Assembly (NCBI RefSeq): GCF_000143415.4
Contig: NW_003314282.1
Coordinates: forward strand, 1,197,374 to 1,261,373
Reading direction: 5' to 3'
Length of the DNA: 64,000 nt
Source: Selaginella moellendorffii
Taxonomy: Eukaryota; Plantae; Lycopodiophyta
In this document: positions 47,465-58,713 of the stretch, one piece after another
Numbering within the stretch: the stretch's first letter is position 1
Layout: every line of letters starts with the position of its first letter
Position numbers and translations under genes: made by a program
The notes under the pieces: model-generated
What the model was told of the DNA's origin: nothing
What the model saw: the letters and a program-made list of their open reading frames with translations, nothing else
Database searches by the model: none

Positions 47465-49150
47465 TAAGATATTCAATAATATTAATCTTATATTTATAAA
47501 TTATGAACATAAACTTCCATTTGATTAATTGGATTAATAAATATGAATAACACTATTATTAAGTAAACTAAGCGTTGTTGTATGAAACACACAGTAAATT
47601 ATTTCTATAAAATATCTCTTTTAAACTTTGAAAAAAATTAAATTATCATTGGAAGTTTAGGCTTTCTTAAGATATATGTTTAAAATATTTTTAAACACAC
47701 ATAAATTGGTTTCATATCTATATAACATTGGTTGAACGCATTTATCATTAATATTTTATATGTTTTAAGTCGATTAAGTATGGAAAGCAATTTGTGATGG
47801 TAGTTTTGGTGGGGGGAGGTACACCTCCCAAGAAAGGAGATGTATCTAGGATGGGTGGCTTGGCAAAAAATCATGCAAGCCTGCAAGATATATATACAAA
47901 AAAATATATGTGCTTAAATTGTTATGACTTACAAAATAATATTATGAGCATAATATATTTTAATGTCTGCCACATATGTATAGCAAAATCTATGTCAATA
48001 TTATATATATGAATTTTGTGTTAACTCCACATCAGATTTTTTGACACATTTGCAAGGTTTAAACTTTGGGTTAGGGCTTATGGATGTGATGGTTTTTATC
48101 ATATAAGTTGGATTTTGAACATATTTTAGATATTATAGACTAAGTTTGCCATCATTACATTTTTTAGGCACTTTTCTTAGTGAAGGTAATAGAAAGTGCT
48201 TTCTATATTAAGCCCAAGTGCAACAAATTAACATGTCCTGTGATGCCAAAAATATATGTGTATGATTAAGAATATAAGAAATCAATGAAACTAACACTTT
48301 ACTGTAGTTACAACAAGATACACTTGCAAAAAACCATTACACTCAACGCATCAAACATCCAAAGAAACCCTTGCAAAAGCTATTGAAACACCATACTTAT
48401 ATTAGTGTGCACTATGATTAAAATATACCTCAAAGCTGCGAAAAATGAGGTATAGCCATGTGGAATTGAAAGCAAATAGAAGACATGTCAAAGAGGAGAG
48501 AAATGATTATAATAAAAAGATCACAAATTTACACTCAATAACACACATAAAAAACAAAAACTCTCACTAGATTTACAGTGATATTATGCTGTATGTGGAC
48601 ATGATATTAGTCTTGCGTGGTAGTTTGAGGTGTCATACCCCATGTATATATGGATCCTATGACAAAAATATTATACACACAATCACATTTTAATTACTTA
48701 TATAGCAAACAAAAACTGTTTGTGTGCATAATATTTTTGCATGTAACTCTAAAGAAAAGAAATAAATCCACACATATGTAAATTATAATGCTCCCACATG
48801 CAATCACACTTTTTTTTCTATAATTAAGGACACAATTTTTTGTTGTGTGTTGTTGTGAACTTAAATAATTGAAGAATATTTGAAATTAAAATATGTCAAA
48901 AATAAAAACATAAAACATAATTCATATTTTGTAATAATTCTGTTCAATATAAAGGCTTTATTTATGTAGCTCAGATCGTTAGATGGTAAATTCCTTGCTT
49001 GGCACTGAGATTGATGCCTGGCATCTCTAAATATAAAGAGCATGCATTTTGACCGGTGTTGACTATGGTTGACCATCAAGGTGATAGAAGCTCATCAATT
49101 CAAACAGGCTGAGTTTCATTGGTGCACAACTCCAAACACTCATCTCATGG

Positions 49151-49217
49151 TCTACACCAGGAGCTTTTCTTCCTTGGCATAATAGACCTTAACCACGTTG
49201 GGGTGCCTTGCTACTTT
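49151..49217 (-). pseudogene. Tiny receptor-kinase remnant
   Basis: Translates KVARHPNVVKVYYAKEEKLLV*, like the RLK HPNLV..YYAKEEKLLVYD motif. Confidence 0.4.
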
Positions 49218-49684
49218 AGACCAGGACGATGAATAAACTAGACAAATTAAGACAGCTTGGACTTCATGAACTTGAAGCATGAGTACGATCTGTAGAGTGG
49301 ATCATTATGGGAAACAACCAAAGCAATGACTGGCCCAACAGATTCATCCATCCTTCTTCTCAACTTTCAATATGTGTGCATGGTCAGCCTGTAAATCCCA
49401 TTGAGGTAAAATAAAAGTGAAAGATAGCTACACCAAAAATGCCGCTCTTCCTCCAGGGATTCATGGGCAGTGATCACAGCGGGAAAAGACTTCGATGTCC
49501 TGCCCAGAGCTCGTCCTAAAGACATCAAGAGTGTTGAACTGAGATTTCCAAATCAAATATGGACCATCCTTTACTTTGGCTAAACAAAACTTAAAGTAAT
49601 ATGCCTGTTAATATTATATCCATGTCTTTTAAAGTAAGAAATATTTAGATGATAACAATCCCCTAGCATGCAACCACCATTCCT

Positions 49685-49990
49685 CTAGGATGCTGGCACT
49701 ATCCTGGAACGATTTGACAAATCCAGGGGCCTGAAGGCATAAAATCCGATGCACAATCCCACCATGATCGCGATGAAGACCCCCATGTTGAACGCAATTG
49801 CCATCATCAGCGTCGTGGTCACATAAGCACCGTGCATCCCCACTGCCATCGGGGTCGCCAGCGAGCGTGCTTGGGGTAGTCTCTCTTCAAATCCTTGCCG
49901 GTGGTGGGTCCTGGCGTGGAATAGGCAGCGAGGATGTGGGCAATCCATTCGTGGATAACTCGCAATGAACATAGGCAGCGAGGATGTGGG
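49685..49990 (-). pseudogene. COPT: COPT copper-transporter pseudogene (5'-truncated, frameshifted)
   Basis: Matches the 3' two-thirds of 50609-51016; MxxxM region eroded (LMMAIAFN); 20-bp direct duplication ATAGGCAGCGAGGATGTGGG at 49921 and 49971. Confidence 0.8.
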
Positions 49991-50042
49991 CGGAAATGTT
50001 TTTGTTTTTCTTTCTCTCTTCTTTCACTCTTCTCGCAAGAGG

Positions 50043-51333
50043 GGTTACAGCTCTTCAGCTGCTAACATCACTATAGCAAAGCAAGACAGACATGACAAAA
50101 AACATTGCCCGATTCATCTATGGCACGACAATCCAATACCAAGCATCATTTTGATCCACCACCTGAAGATTTGCATGCTGTTGTTTCTTGACACCTGATT
50201 TTTCTTTTGACTTTTTGTGCTGATTCAGCTTGCGAGCTTTCAGCCGTTTTTCCAAAACCTATATAGACTAAAATGCAATAAATATTGACATGATTATTCA
50301 AAGCTGGTAGAAAAGGTTAGGTATAAGGAACAAACAACAATGTGTTTGTGAAGTAATAAACTCAACTATGCAAAAATTAAATATATTCTTAAGTTTTACA
50401 ACATACTATTTCTCTTCAAAATCTAACTAAATTATAAAGTGTAATTTTACTTACTTACCATAAATATATACATAAATGCAGATGCTTATTTTATAATTTA
50501 ATTATAATTAATAGAATATTAAATAGTAAAAGTATTATTAAAAAAAAGTTATTTTTTATAGTCTTATCTTCAGCTGATACACAAAATCTAGAATATTCTG
50601 AAAATAATTCAGGATGCTGGCACAGGCACAATCCTGAAAGGATTTGACGATTCCAGGGGCCTGAAGATGTAAAATCCAATGCACAATCCCACCATGATCG
50701 TAATGAAGACCCCCGTGTTGAACGACATTGCCATCATCATGAGCATGTAGCTTGTGGTCACATAGGCACCATGAATCGCCACTGCCAGCGGTATCGCCCA
50801 GCGAGCGTGCTTGGGGTAGTCTCTCTTTGGATCCTTGCCGGTGGTTGGTCCTGGCGTGGAATAGGCAGCAAGGATCATCCAGTGATTGTGGGCGATCCAT
50901 TCGTGCATAACTCCAATCCATGCAATGAACATGAGCATGAACGCGTATTCGTGTGGATGCTCGGGCACACAGCCTGGGAAAAGGAACGTGAAATTTATCC
51001 CCCAGAAGAAGGTCATGCTTTTCCTTTCTCTTTCTCTCTCTTTCCTATTTTATAGCTAACCCTTTCTTGACAAGATTAGCCCAGCCTATTGTTAGTCTAA
51101 CATTTTAGTCTATATAGGTTTTGGAAAAAAGGATTATTATTAACAAAGAATTTTGAGGCTGAAGAAAGCTATCAGCAAAAAGGTCAAACGCAAAAACAGG
51201 ATGCTTTCTCCGCGTTAAGCAACAGCATGCAAATCTTCAGGTGGTGGATCAAAATGATGCTTGATATTGGATTGTCGTCCCATAGAGGTGGTTGCTTTGC
51301 TATAGTGATGTTAGCAGCTGACGAGGTGTAGCC
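50043..51333. repeat. About 230-bp inverted repeat (50043-50275 / 51101-51333) enclosing the intact COPT gene
   Basis: CAGCTGCTAACATCACTATAGCAAAGCAA, CATCATTTTGATCCACCACCTGAAGATTTGCATGCTGTTG and TTCCAAAACCTATATAGACTAAAATG each occur as exact reverse complements in the right arm. Confidence 0.9.
50609..51016 (-). CDS. COPT: COPT/Ctr-family copper transporter, 135 aa
   Basis: MTFFWG start, LFPG, three hydrophobic helices, YMLMMMAMSFN (MxxxM) and GLCIG (GxxxG); TATAAAA about 30 bp upstream (51054-51048). Confidence 0.88.
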   Translation of the reverse strand: MTFFWGINFTFLFPGCVPEHPHEYAFMLMFIAWIGVMHEWIAHNHWMILAAYSTPGPTTGKDPKRDYPKHARWAIPLAVAIHGAYVTTSYMLMMMAMSFNTGVFITIMVGLCIGFYIFRPLESSNPFRIVPVPAS

Positions 51334-53713
51334 ACGCTAGATTCGCCTTTCTCGAAGAACGATGCCGCAGGGAACAAAGCTTAGCTTTTCTACTGAACTC
51401 AATTGCATCTCATCAAAAACTAATCTCGAGCCCTGCAATTCGATAGCCGAAACCAACGTAGAGCCTCAAGTCACGGCGGCCTTTAGCTGCTCGAGGCGAG
51501 AAGAGGTTGAGCGCTTCTTTTTTGCTCCTGGGAAGTCAAGCTTTGATCGCACGCATCATTCCTGCAAAATGGAGCCGCTCAAAATATTCCTTAAGGGCTA
51601 GCGCCTTTAAGAACTTCTCCAGGTGTGAGTTCAGCTCACTCACGTTTGGATCGTGAGCACCCGTTCGCCTTCTCATACTCTAGTGTCCATTTCCGCTTTA
51701 TCCTCGCGCCAGCACCTTGTACAGTGAGAAGAACTAAAGAAAAGAACAAGAGAAACTAGTGTGACTTTTCCACCAGAGAGAGCTCCAATCGCCGCATTGA
51801 TGTGTAGAACCATTGGCAACGAGTAGCTGGAAAAAAAAAATCCCCGCGTTCCTGGGAGCCATTTAAATAACCTTTGGTCACTCTCGTAAAGCTTACTCTA
51901 TGAGAGGGGTCACAGTCCCAAGGAGAACTTCCCTGTCGTGAGGTAAAAGGCGAAGAAACCATGGTCGTCGTGGCTCAAACTTCACACTTTACAAGACTGA
52001 AAGAAGAAAGTGAGCAGGAGTAATCCACTCAATCTTACGGCTTCGTATAAATACTGCTAGTCGGTAAAAGAAATCAGCTGAGCACTCCGCCACCCCGTTT
52101 GACGAGCCTGGCTCTTATCTCGGCTTTGCTGCTCGATTTGTTCTCCTTGAGCTTCCGGAATCCGGACAGTGTCACTGTGTCTCCCCGGCAGCACCGATCT
52201 GGAAAAACCCGTGAAATCGAGTAAGAAACTCGTCACAGGACAACCAAAAAACTGAAGAACGCAAAGAGCCCAAGGGGACAGACTTAACGAGTGCTGGAGA
52301 AGCTCTCGCCACGGTCTGGGCTAAAGACTAGAAAAGGAAACCTCTCCTCGGAGACAGCGAGGAGGCTTTTCTGGATTGGAAGATGGCGGCGATCAGTCAC
52401 TGGAGGAGTACAAGAGCGTATATTTCACCTGCATTGCCTCGATCGAGCGCGATTCAAACGAAAGCCGAGACCTTTCCTCCAAGCCCGCGCTCCCGGCGAT
52501 CCTCCTTTACAGAAATCCCTAAAAAGGAAAAAAAACGAACGAGAGAGAGAGCGAGCGAGAATGAGAACGAGCTTCGTTCCTCTCTTGCTTGTGCTTGCTT
52601 CTTGGAGTTCGATTGCCCGAGAGCATCGTCCCCAGCTCCGTCTTTGACCAGGATCTTTCTGTCTCACAGCCTCTGACGTGGGCTTACTGGATGGGAATCG
52701 CATCGACCATCGTTTCTCGTTTCTCGCAAGCATGCCAGTTGAATTTCCAGCCCGCTGTCCAAGTTGAGGAGGTCGAAAATCCCAGTCGGATCGGTGGCAG
52801 TGCTAGCCACGAGCACGCTCGGATTTTCCCATTTCCTTGCAACCAGCGAGAAGTGGATGTTTAACAAGCTCGCACGATGGGTCTCGACTTTCACTACAGC
52901 TTCTGATCACGAGAAGGTGATTAATGTCTCTTTCCTTACAGTGGCTTCCTTGATTTTCGCACGAGTTTGCTCGGGATGTGCACAGAGCTTTCACAGTGTT
53001 AGTCTACACTTACGGACTGTTTTGGGGCGTTCCTTTTGGGCTGAGAGGACTGCTTTCGTTTCACCACTGCTTCGGGACCATGCTATCCCGAGTTTCGAGG
53101 TACGTCCATTCGTGAGCCCACAACACAGCTTGGCTTTACCACAGAGTGGCGATTCATCACGAGCAGTGTTAAGCACTTTGACATCGCTTATGTGGGTGTT
53201 CTATAGCTCGCTTGAGGAACGTTATCTCCTGCTTGGTTCCTTCATAATTGGAAGTAAAATATAAATTAATGAATTAACTATAACAAATATAAATCTATAG
53301 GAAAGATTTCAGGGATCAACTTTTTCTGAAACTAACCACATATCTAAGACTTTATAAGCTTGCTTAACACCTCCAAGTATACTCTGGTTTATAATATTAA
53401 TCTTGTGTTTATAAATTATATAGTTTATAAGCTTTCTTAAACACTCCTGTTACTACACTAATTTTCACTTATTCCTAGTGTTCAAAATTATGAGATGAAA
53501 TTGATTGTGTGGACTGATTTCTACTTGCTCTTTTTATTAATTATGGTGAAGATGAAATGAAGTGGGAGAAATTTACATTCCTAGAATTTCTATTTAGTAT
53601 AAAATTATTTATTTTTTTATCTATAGGTTTTCTAATCCAGGAGTAATTAACGGCCACTAATTAAGCAATTTATCAAGTATTTTTTATTTATTTCATAAAA
53701 AAGAAATTGCTAC

Positions 53714-53887
53714 TGTGAGGGCCAAGTGTACGGCTACGATGCCGTATACTAATATTAGCGTACTGGATTTTGGTAGCCGTCGGATTAGTTTCAATTCGGA
53801 CCACTCGCTCCTGTATATAAGCTAGGGTTTTTGGGCTAATTGATATGCACATTTCTGTATTCCCTTTCCATATTCCAGGCACTCACA
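53714..53887 (+). repeat. 5' LTR (174 bp)
   Basis: 169/174 identical to the 3' LTR; TATATAA box inside. Confidence 0.95.
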
Positions 53888-54111
53888 TTGGTGGAGTTGA
53901 GGGGCACCTTTGATTGTCCCTAAGGAGTGCTTGGATTTGGGATTTTGGTTTAGATCTAACTTTTGTATCGTCTAGATCTAGCTTTTTCCATTTCCTTTCT
54001 TTTGTTCTTTCTTTTGGTTTAGATCTAGCTTTTTGCGTTGTCTAGATCTACCATTTCCTTCTAGCTTTTGTCATCTCTCTTCTTTTGCTCTTTTTTTTTT
54101 CGCTCATCTTC

Positions 54112-55044
54112 ATGGCAGATCCACAATCTCCTCCTTTGACTCTAGAGCAGCAGTTGGTACAATTGCTTGATGCTATGCGCTTGCAATTGAACAACCAAAC
54201 TCAGTTAATGGCGGCGTTCACGGCACGTGGTACAACTCCTCCTGCTCTTGGTGCTAATCCTCGCGTTCGGCCGGAGTTCTTTCGCGGGAATCCTGGGGAT
54301 GATGTGTACCATTGGTTTGATCACTTCACGGTGATTGCCACATATCATTCTTGGGATGATGCTCGACGTTTGCGTGAGTTTCCCACGTGTCTCCAAGGGA
54401 CGGCGTTGCAGTGGTACAATGGTTTGAGCGCAGCCACTCGTGGGGATTGGAGTGTTCTCCCGGACGTCTTCAAACGCGCCTTCGGCCATGCCGATGATTG
54501 TGATGATGCTTTCCAACAATTGCATCATTTTCGCCAAGGGCCATTTGAGTCGGTGATGCAATTTGGCATTCGTTTCCGAAGTCTTTTGCTTCGTGCGGAG
54601 CCAAATATGTCGGAGTGGATCAAGCTAGGAATGTTGTGGCCAGCACTTCGTCAAGATCTTGTCGGACTTGTGCATGCACTTGCTCCTGCCACCCTTGACG
54701 ATGCTCTTCGCTTGGCACAACGTTATGAGACGTCGCCTCTTCCACTTCTCGCTGCACGTCCTTCCGCTCCCCTTCCTATGGGTGATGGTCCTGTTCTAAT
54801 GGAGGTTGATGCTGCTGCTGCTCGAGTCCAAGGACAAGCGCGAGGACGTGGTCGTGGCCGTGATGTTCGTTGCTGGGCGTGTGATGAAGTTGGTCATACT
54901 TATCGGCGTTGCCGTCATTTTCCGGATTGGCGACCTCCATTTCCTGGGTGGAGACCTTGGCATCAGCAACGTCCCGTGGGTGCTGCTGCAGTGGAAGGTC
55001 TGGACACCGAGATGCATCCGGGAAACGAGGAGTCGCGCGAGTAA
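54112..55044 (+). CDS. gag: Retrotransposon Gag
   Basis: PEFFRG..WFDHF, LQGTALQWY, QGPFESV and CCHC knuckle CWACDEVGHTYRRC. Confidence 0.9.
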   Translation: MADPQSPPLTLEQQLVQLLDAMRLQLNNQTQLMAAFTARGTTPPALGANPRVRPEFFRGNPGDDVYHWFDHFTVIATYHSWDDARRLREFPTCLQGTALQWYNGLSAATRGDWSVLPDVFKRAFGHADDCDDAFQQLHHFRQGPFESVMQFGIRFRSLLLRAEPNMSEWIKLGMLWPALRQDLVGLVHALAPATLDDALRLAQRYETSPLPLLAARPSAPLPMGDGPVLMEVDAAAARVQGQARGRGRGRDVRCWACDEVGHTYRRCRHFPDWRPPFPGWRPWHQQRPVGAAAVEGLDTEMHPGNEESRE

Positions 55045-55083
55045 TGGAGGGACCTTGCGCAAATAAATCAGTGACCCCTCCAT
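55020..55083 (+). other. -1 programmed ribosomal frameshift signal (G GGA AAC + H-type pseudoknot)
   Basis: Heptamer in gag frame, 8-nt spacer, S1 55035-41/55054-60, S2 55044-51/55076-83; the -1 frame leads into protease LVDTGS. Confidence 0.82.
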
Positions 55084-58000
55084 CTTTCTTTCGGGAGTAT
55101 CATCAAGGGGTTCACTTGGCACCGGTTCATCCCGTGTTTACTTTCCAAGCTCGTTTTTATAACAAGAGGTCTCCTATTATTCTCTCCGTGTTGGTTGATA
55201 CAGGTTCAAGTTTATCTTCTATTGCTCGACCTGTTACCACACGTTGTCGTCTACACTTGCGTCGTGCGGCGGAACCAGTTTCATTCTTTATGGCAACGGC
55301 CGTACACATGCATGTGCACGGGATGAGGTGGACCTGGTTGTGCGTGTGGGCGATCTCGAGCTTGAGTTGCAGTCGTTGCGGGTGGTGCTGAGTCAAGCTT
55401 TTGACCTCATTCTTGGTATGGATTGGTTGCAGCGCAATCATGCCAAGTGTGACTTTGAGGCTTCTCCCCCTTGTCTCATACTTCCTTATGTTTCATCCAT
55501 TCCTCTCACTTCCATACCTCTTCGTCCCTTTACTTCTACCTCTGCTTCCATTACTTTTGTTCCCCCACTCTTTCCTTCTGTGTTTCCATCTTGTTCTGCT
55601 TTTCCCTTTTCCGATCCCTCCGATGATCTTTGTGTTGCAGCAGTTGACCGGCTCATGAAGGAGTATTCTGATCTCTTTGAATTTGACCTATCATCTGGGG
55701 CCAAGATTGCCACACGTCATCCGATTCCAACCGAGGATGCTCGTCCAATCAAGGTTCCTATTCGTCGTCGGTCACCTAAGGAGATCAAGATTTTACGAGC
55801 CAACGTCAAGGAAATGCTGGAGAAGGGTGTTATTTGGAAGTCGCGGAGTCCTTGGGCATGTGAACCTCATCTTGTGACGAAGCCTGATGGGAGTATTCGT
55901 TTCTGCATCGACTATCGCCCGTTAACCGAAGTGACGATCCCAGATGTGTATCCTCTTCCTCACACTGCTGATCTCTTAGATCGTCTAGGGCGAAGTCGTT
56001 GGTTCACCAAGCTAGATCTTGCTTCTGGGTATTGGCAAGTACCGATGGCCGAAGAAGATATTCCTAAGACTGCTTTTCGTACACCATTTGGTTTGTACGA
56101 GTTCTTGGTGATGCCGTTTGGTTTGAACAATGCTCCCGCAACTTTCCAGCGGATGATGGACGAGGTTCTTTGCGATATGCCGAAAGTGACTGCTGACTTC
56201 ATTGATGATGTCTTGATCCACTCGGAGGGGACGTGGGAGGAGCACGTTCGTGATGTTTGTAAAGTGTTGGATCGGCTACGTGATGTTGGTTTAAAGCTGA
56301 AACGGTCAAAGTGCGTGTTTGGGTCCAAAGACATAACTTATCTTGGGTACCGTATTTCTCGTGAGGGTTTGCAAGTTGATCCTGACAAACTTGCGGCTGT
56401 TCTAAAGTTCCCTACTCCGAAATGTGTGAATGATGTGCAGTGCTTTTTGGGTAAGGTGCAGTATCTCGGTCGTTTTGTGGATCATCTTTCCAATCGCAGT
56501 ACACCATTGCGAGCGTTGCTGAAGTCATCAACGTCATCTTTCATCTGGTCTCCGGATTGTGAGCGGGCGTTCGTGGATCTCAAAGAGCTATTGACGACTC
56601 CTCCGGTTTTGGCATATCCTGACTACACTCGACCTTTTATTTTGCGCGTGGATGCTTTTGACATTGGTCTTAGAGGTGTGTTGATGCAAGAGAGCTTGAG
56701 TGTGCCTGGTCAGCGCCATCCCATTGCATACATAAGCCGTACATTACAACCAGCGGAGATGAACTACTCCACGACGGAGAAGGAGTGTTTAGTAGCAGTC
56801 TGGGGTTTCGAGAAACTTCATGCATATCTACATGGTTCTCGGACATTACTTGAAGGTGACCATGCTGCTGTTACTTCATTATTGAAGCGGAAGAACCTGG
56901 TTGGTCGTACGGCTCGATGGGCTTTGAAGCTTCAGATATATGATTTCGATGTTGTTCATCGCCCAGGGAGTTCTATGGCTGATGCTGATGCCCTTTCTCG
57001 AGCTCCTCTTCCTTCTCCACTCACTTCTCATGTTTCTGACGAACCTGTTGTTCCAGCGTCTGTGGATTTTCTAGATGAGGATTCTGTGCCGTCGGCGGTT
57101 GCTGTCCTTGACGTTCAGTGTCCACAGGGCGCAGAGCAAGATCTACCTTCTCTTGATGAGGTTCGTGAGGCTCAAAAGATTGAGCCGTGGATTCGAAGGC
57201 TTCGAGATGGGTTTGAGAATCCTGCATCACTTGCTGATGACTTGCCTTTCCGGCATTTACATTCTCAATATCACCTTGAAGATGGCCTTCTTTATTTTGT
57301 GGGGACGGATCCTGATGATCATTTACGGTTGGTGGTGCCTTCGGTGTTTATTCCGCAGTTTCTCCATGCCTACCATGATTCTCCTGTTCTAGGTGGGCAT
57401 ATGGGACACCGTCGTGTCACCGAGAAGCTGCGCAGGTCTTTCTATTGGCCGGAGATGCGACATGATATTATCCGGTATGTGCGTAGCTGCGTTTGGTGCC
57501 AAGCTCGTAATACTCCCCCTTGTGCTGCGGAAGGACGGTTGGAGTCAATTGCAGTTTCCCGTCCGTTTGAGTTGGTGGCGTTTGATCTTATGGGACCTTT
57601 TCCACGATCGACTGCTGGCAATGAGTATGTTATTATTGCTTCTGACTACTTAACTCGTTGGGTGGAAGTTGGTGCTCTTGCTAGCGCCTCTGCAACTGCT
57701 GTTGGATACTTCCTCCTCAATCGAGTGGTGTTCCAGCATTCTTGTCCAGAGCGGATTCTTTCGGATAATGGTCCTGCATTTATGGCTGAGGTATTTCATG
57801 TTTTGACATCTCGGTTGGGGATACGCCACACTTTTACGAGTGCTTATCATCCACAATCAGACGGTCTGGTGGAACGGCTCGTTCGGACATTCAAAGGGAT
57901 GATTGCGAAGTATGTGAACTTTCAGCATTCGGATTGGGATGGTTATTTGCCGTCTCTTCGGTATGCTTATGTCACAGGGGTGCAGAGTTCTATTGGTGCT

Positions 58001-58429
58001 TCACCATATAAACTTCTATATGGTCATGATCCAATATTACCAACAGAGCTAGGTTTACCTTCGCGATTGCCACGAGCTCCTGATGCTAGGTCATGGGATC
58101 AGTATTTGACAAGCATTCTTCCACTTGTCCGAGCAGAGTCTGCCGAACACTTAGGCCGCGTACAAGTGGGACAACAACGGCGCTACAACTCCCATCATCG
58201 TCCACCTGCGGAGTACAAAGTGGATGATTTGGTGTTAGTCCGTTTTCCCCATCTTACGGTACATGGTTTATCTAAGGGGCTCCTTGCGCAGTGGAAAGGA
58301 CCGTATCGGGTGTTGCGGCAAGTTGGACCGCAAGTTTATGAGGTTCGGCATGACGTTCAGCAGGCCGATCCTCCGGAGATTGTGCATGTGCAGCGGTTAA
58401 AACGCTTCATACAAAGGGATCAGGAGTAG
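55026..58429 (+). CDS. pol: Retrotransposon Pol (PR-RT-RNaseH-INT) with one apparent 1-nt deletion in PR near 55295
   Basis: LVDTGS, DLILGMDWL, RFCIDYR, MPFGL, FIDD, NYSTTEKE, H..GH..CVWC, DLMG, SDNG, GLVER, WKGPY; no chromodomain. Confidence 0.9.
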
Positions 58430-58539
58430 TTAATACCGTCTACAGATCCGCCGATGCCTCCTCCTGATGTTCCTCCAGATCCCGGCCCATCTACAAGAGA
58501 ACCCTGACGGCCTTCCATTATTCCGAGAGGAGGGGATGA

Positions 58540-58713
58540 TGTGAGGGCCAAGTGTACGGCTACGATGCCGTATACTAATATTAGCATAGTGGATTTTGGT
58601 AGCCATCGGATTGGTTTCAATCCGGACCACTCGCTCCTGTATATAAGCTAGGGTTTTTGGGCTAATTGATATGCACATTTCTGTATTCCCTTTCCATATT
58701 CCAGGCACTCACA
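58540..58713 (+). repeat. 3' LTR (174 bp)
   Basis: Direct repeat of 53714-53887, preceded by PPT. Confidence 0.95.

Larger units (their letters stand above)
53714..58713 (+). mobile_element. Full-length 5.0-kb Ty3/gypsy LTR retrotransposon, non-chromovirus type
   Basis: TG..CA LTRs 53714-53887 and 58540-58713; TSD CTAC (53710-53713, 58714-58717); PBS TGGTGGAGTTGAGGGG at 53889; PPT GAGAGGAGGGGA before the 3' LTR; gag-PR-RT-RH-INT order. Confidence 0.96.

Noticed and set aside
3776-51016. Copper gene cluster (multicopper oxidase plus COPT)
   Set aside because: 45 kb apart with unrelated housekeeping genes between; no shared motif seen
52020-52330. Possible USE-TATA snRNA or telomerase-RNA gene
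   Set aside because: No convincing TCCCACATCG USE, no telomere template and no recognisable snRNA sequence
58430-58708. Antisense ORFs in both LTRs
   Set aside because: Repeated only because the LTR is repeated; begin at a non-ATG codon; no domain
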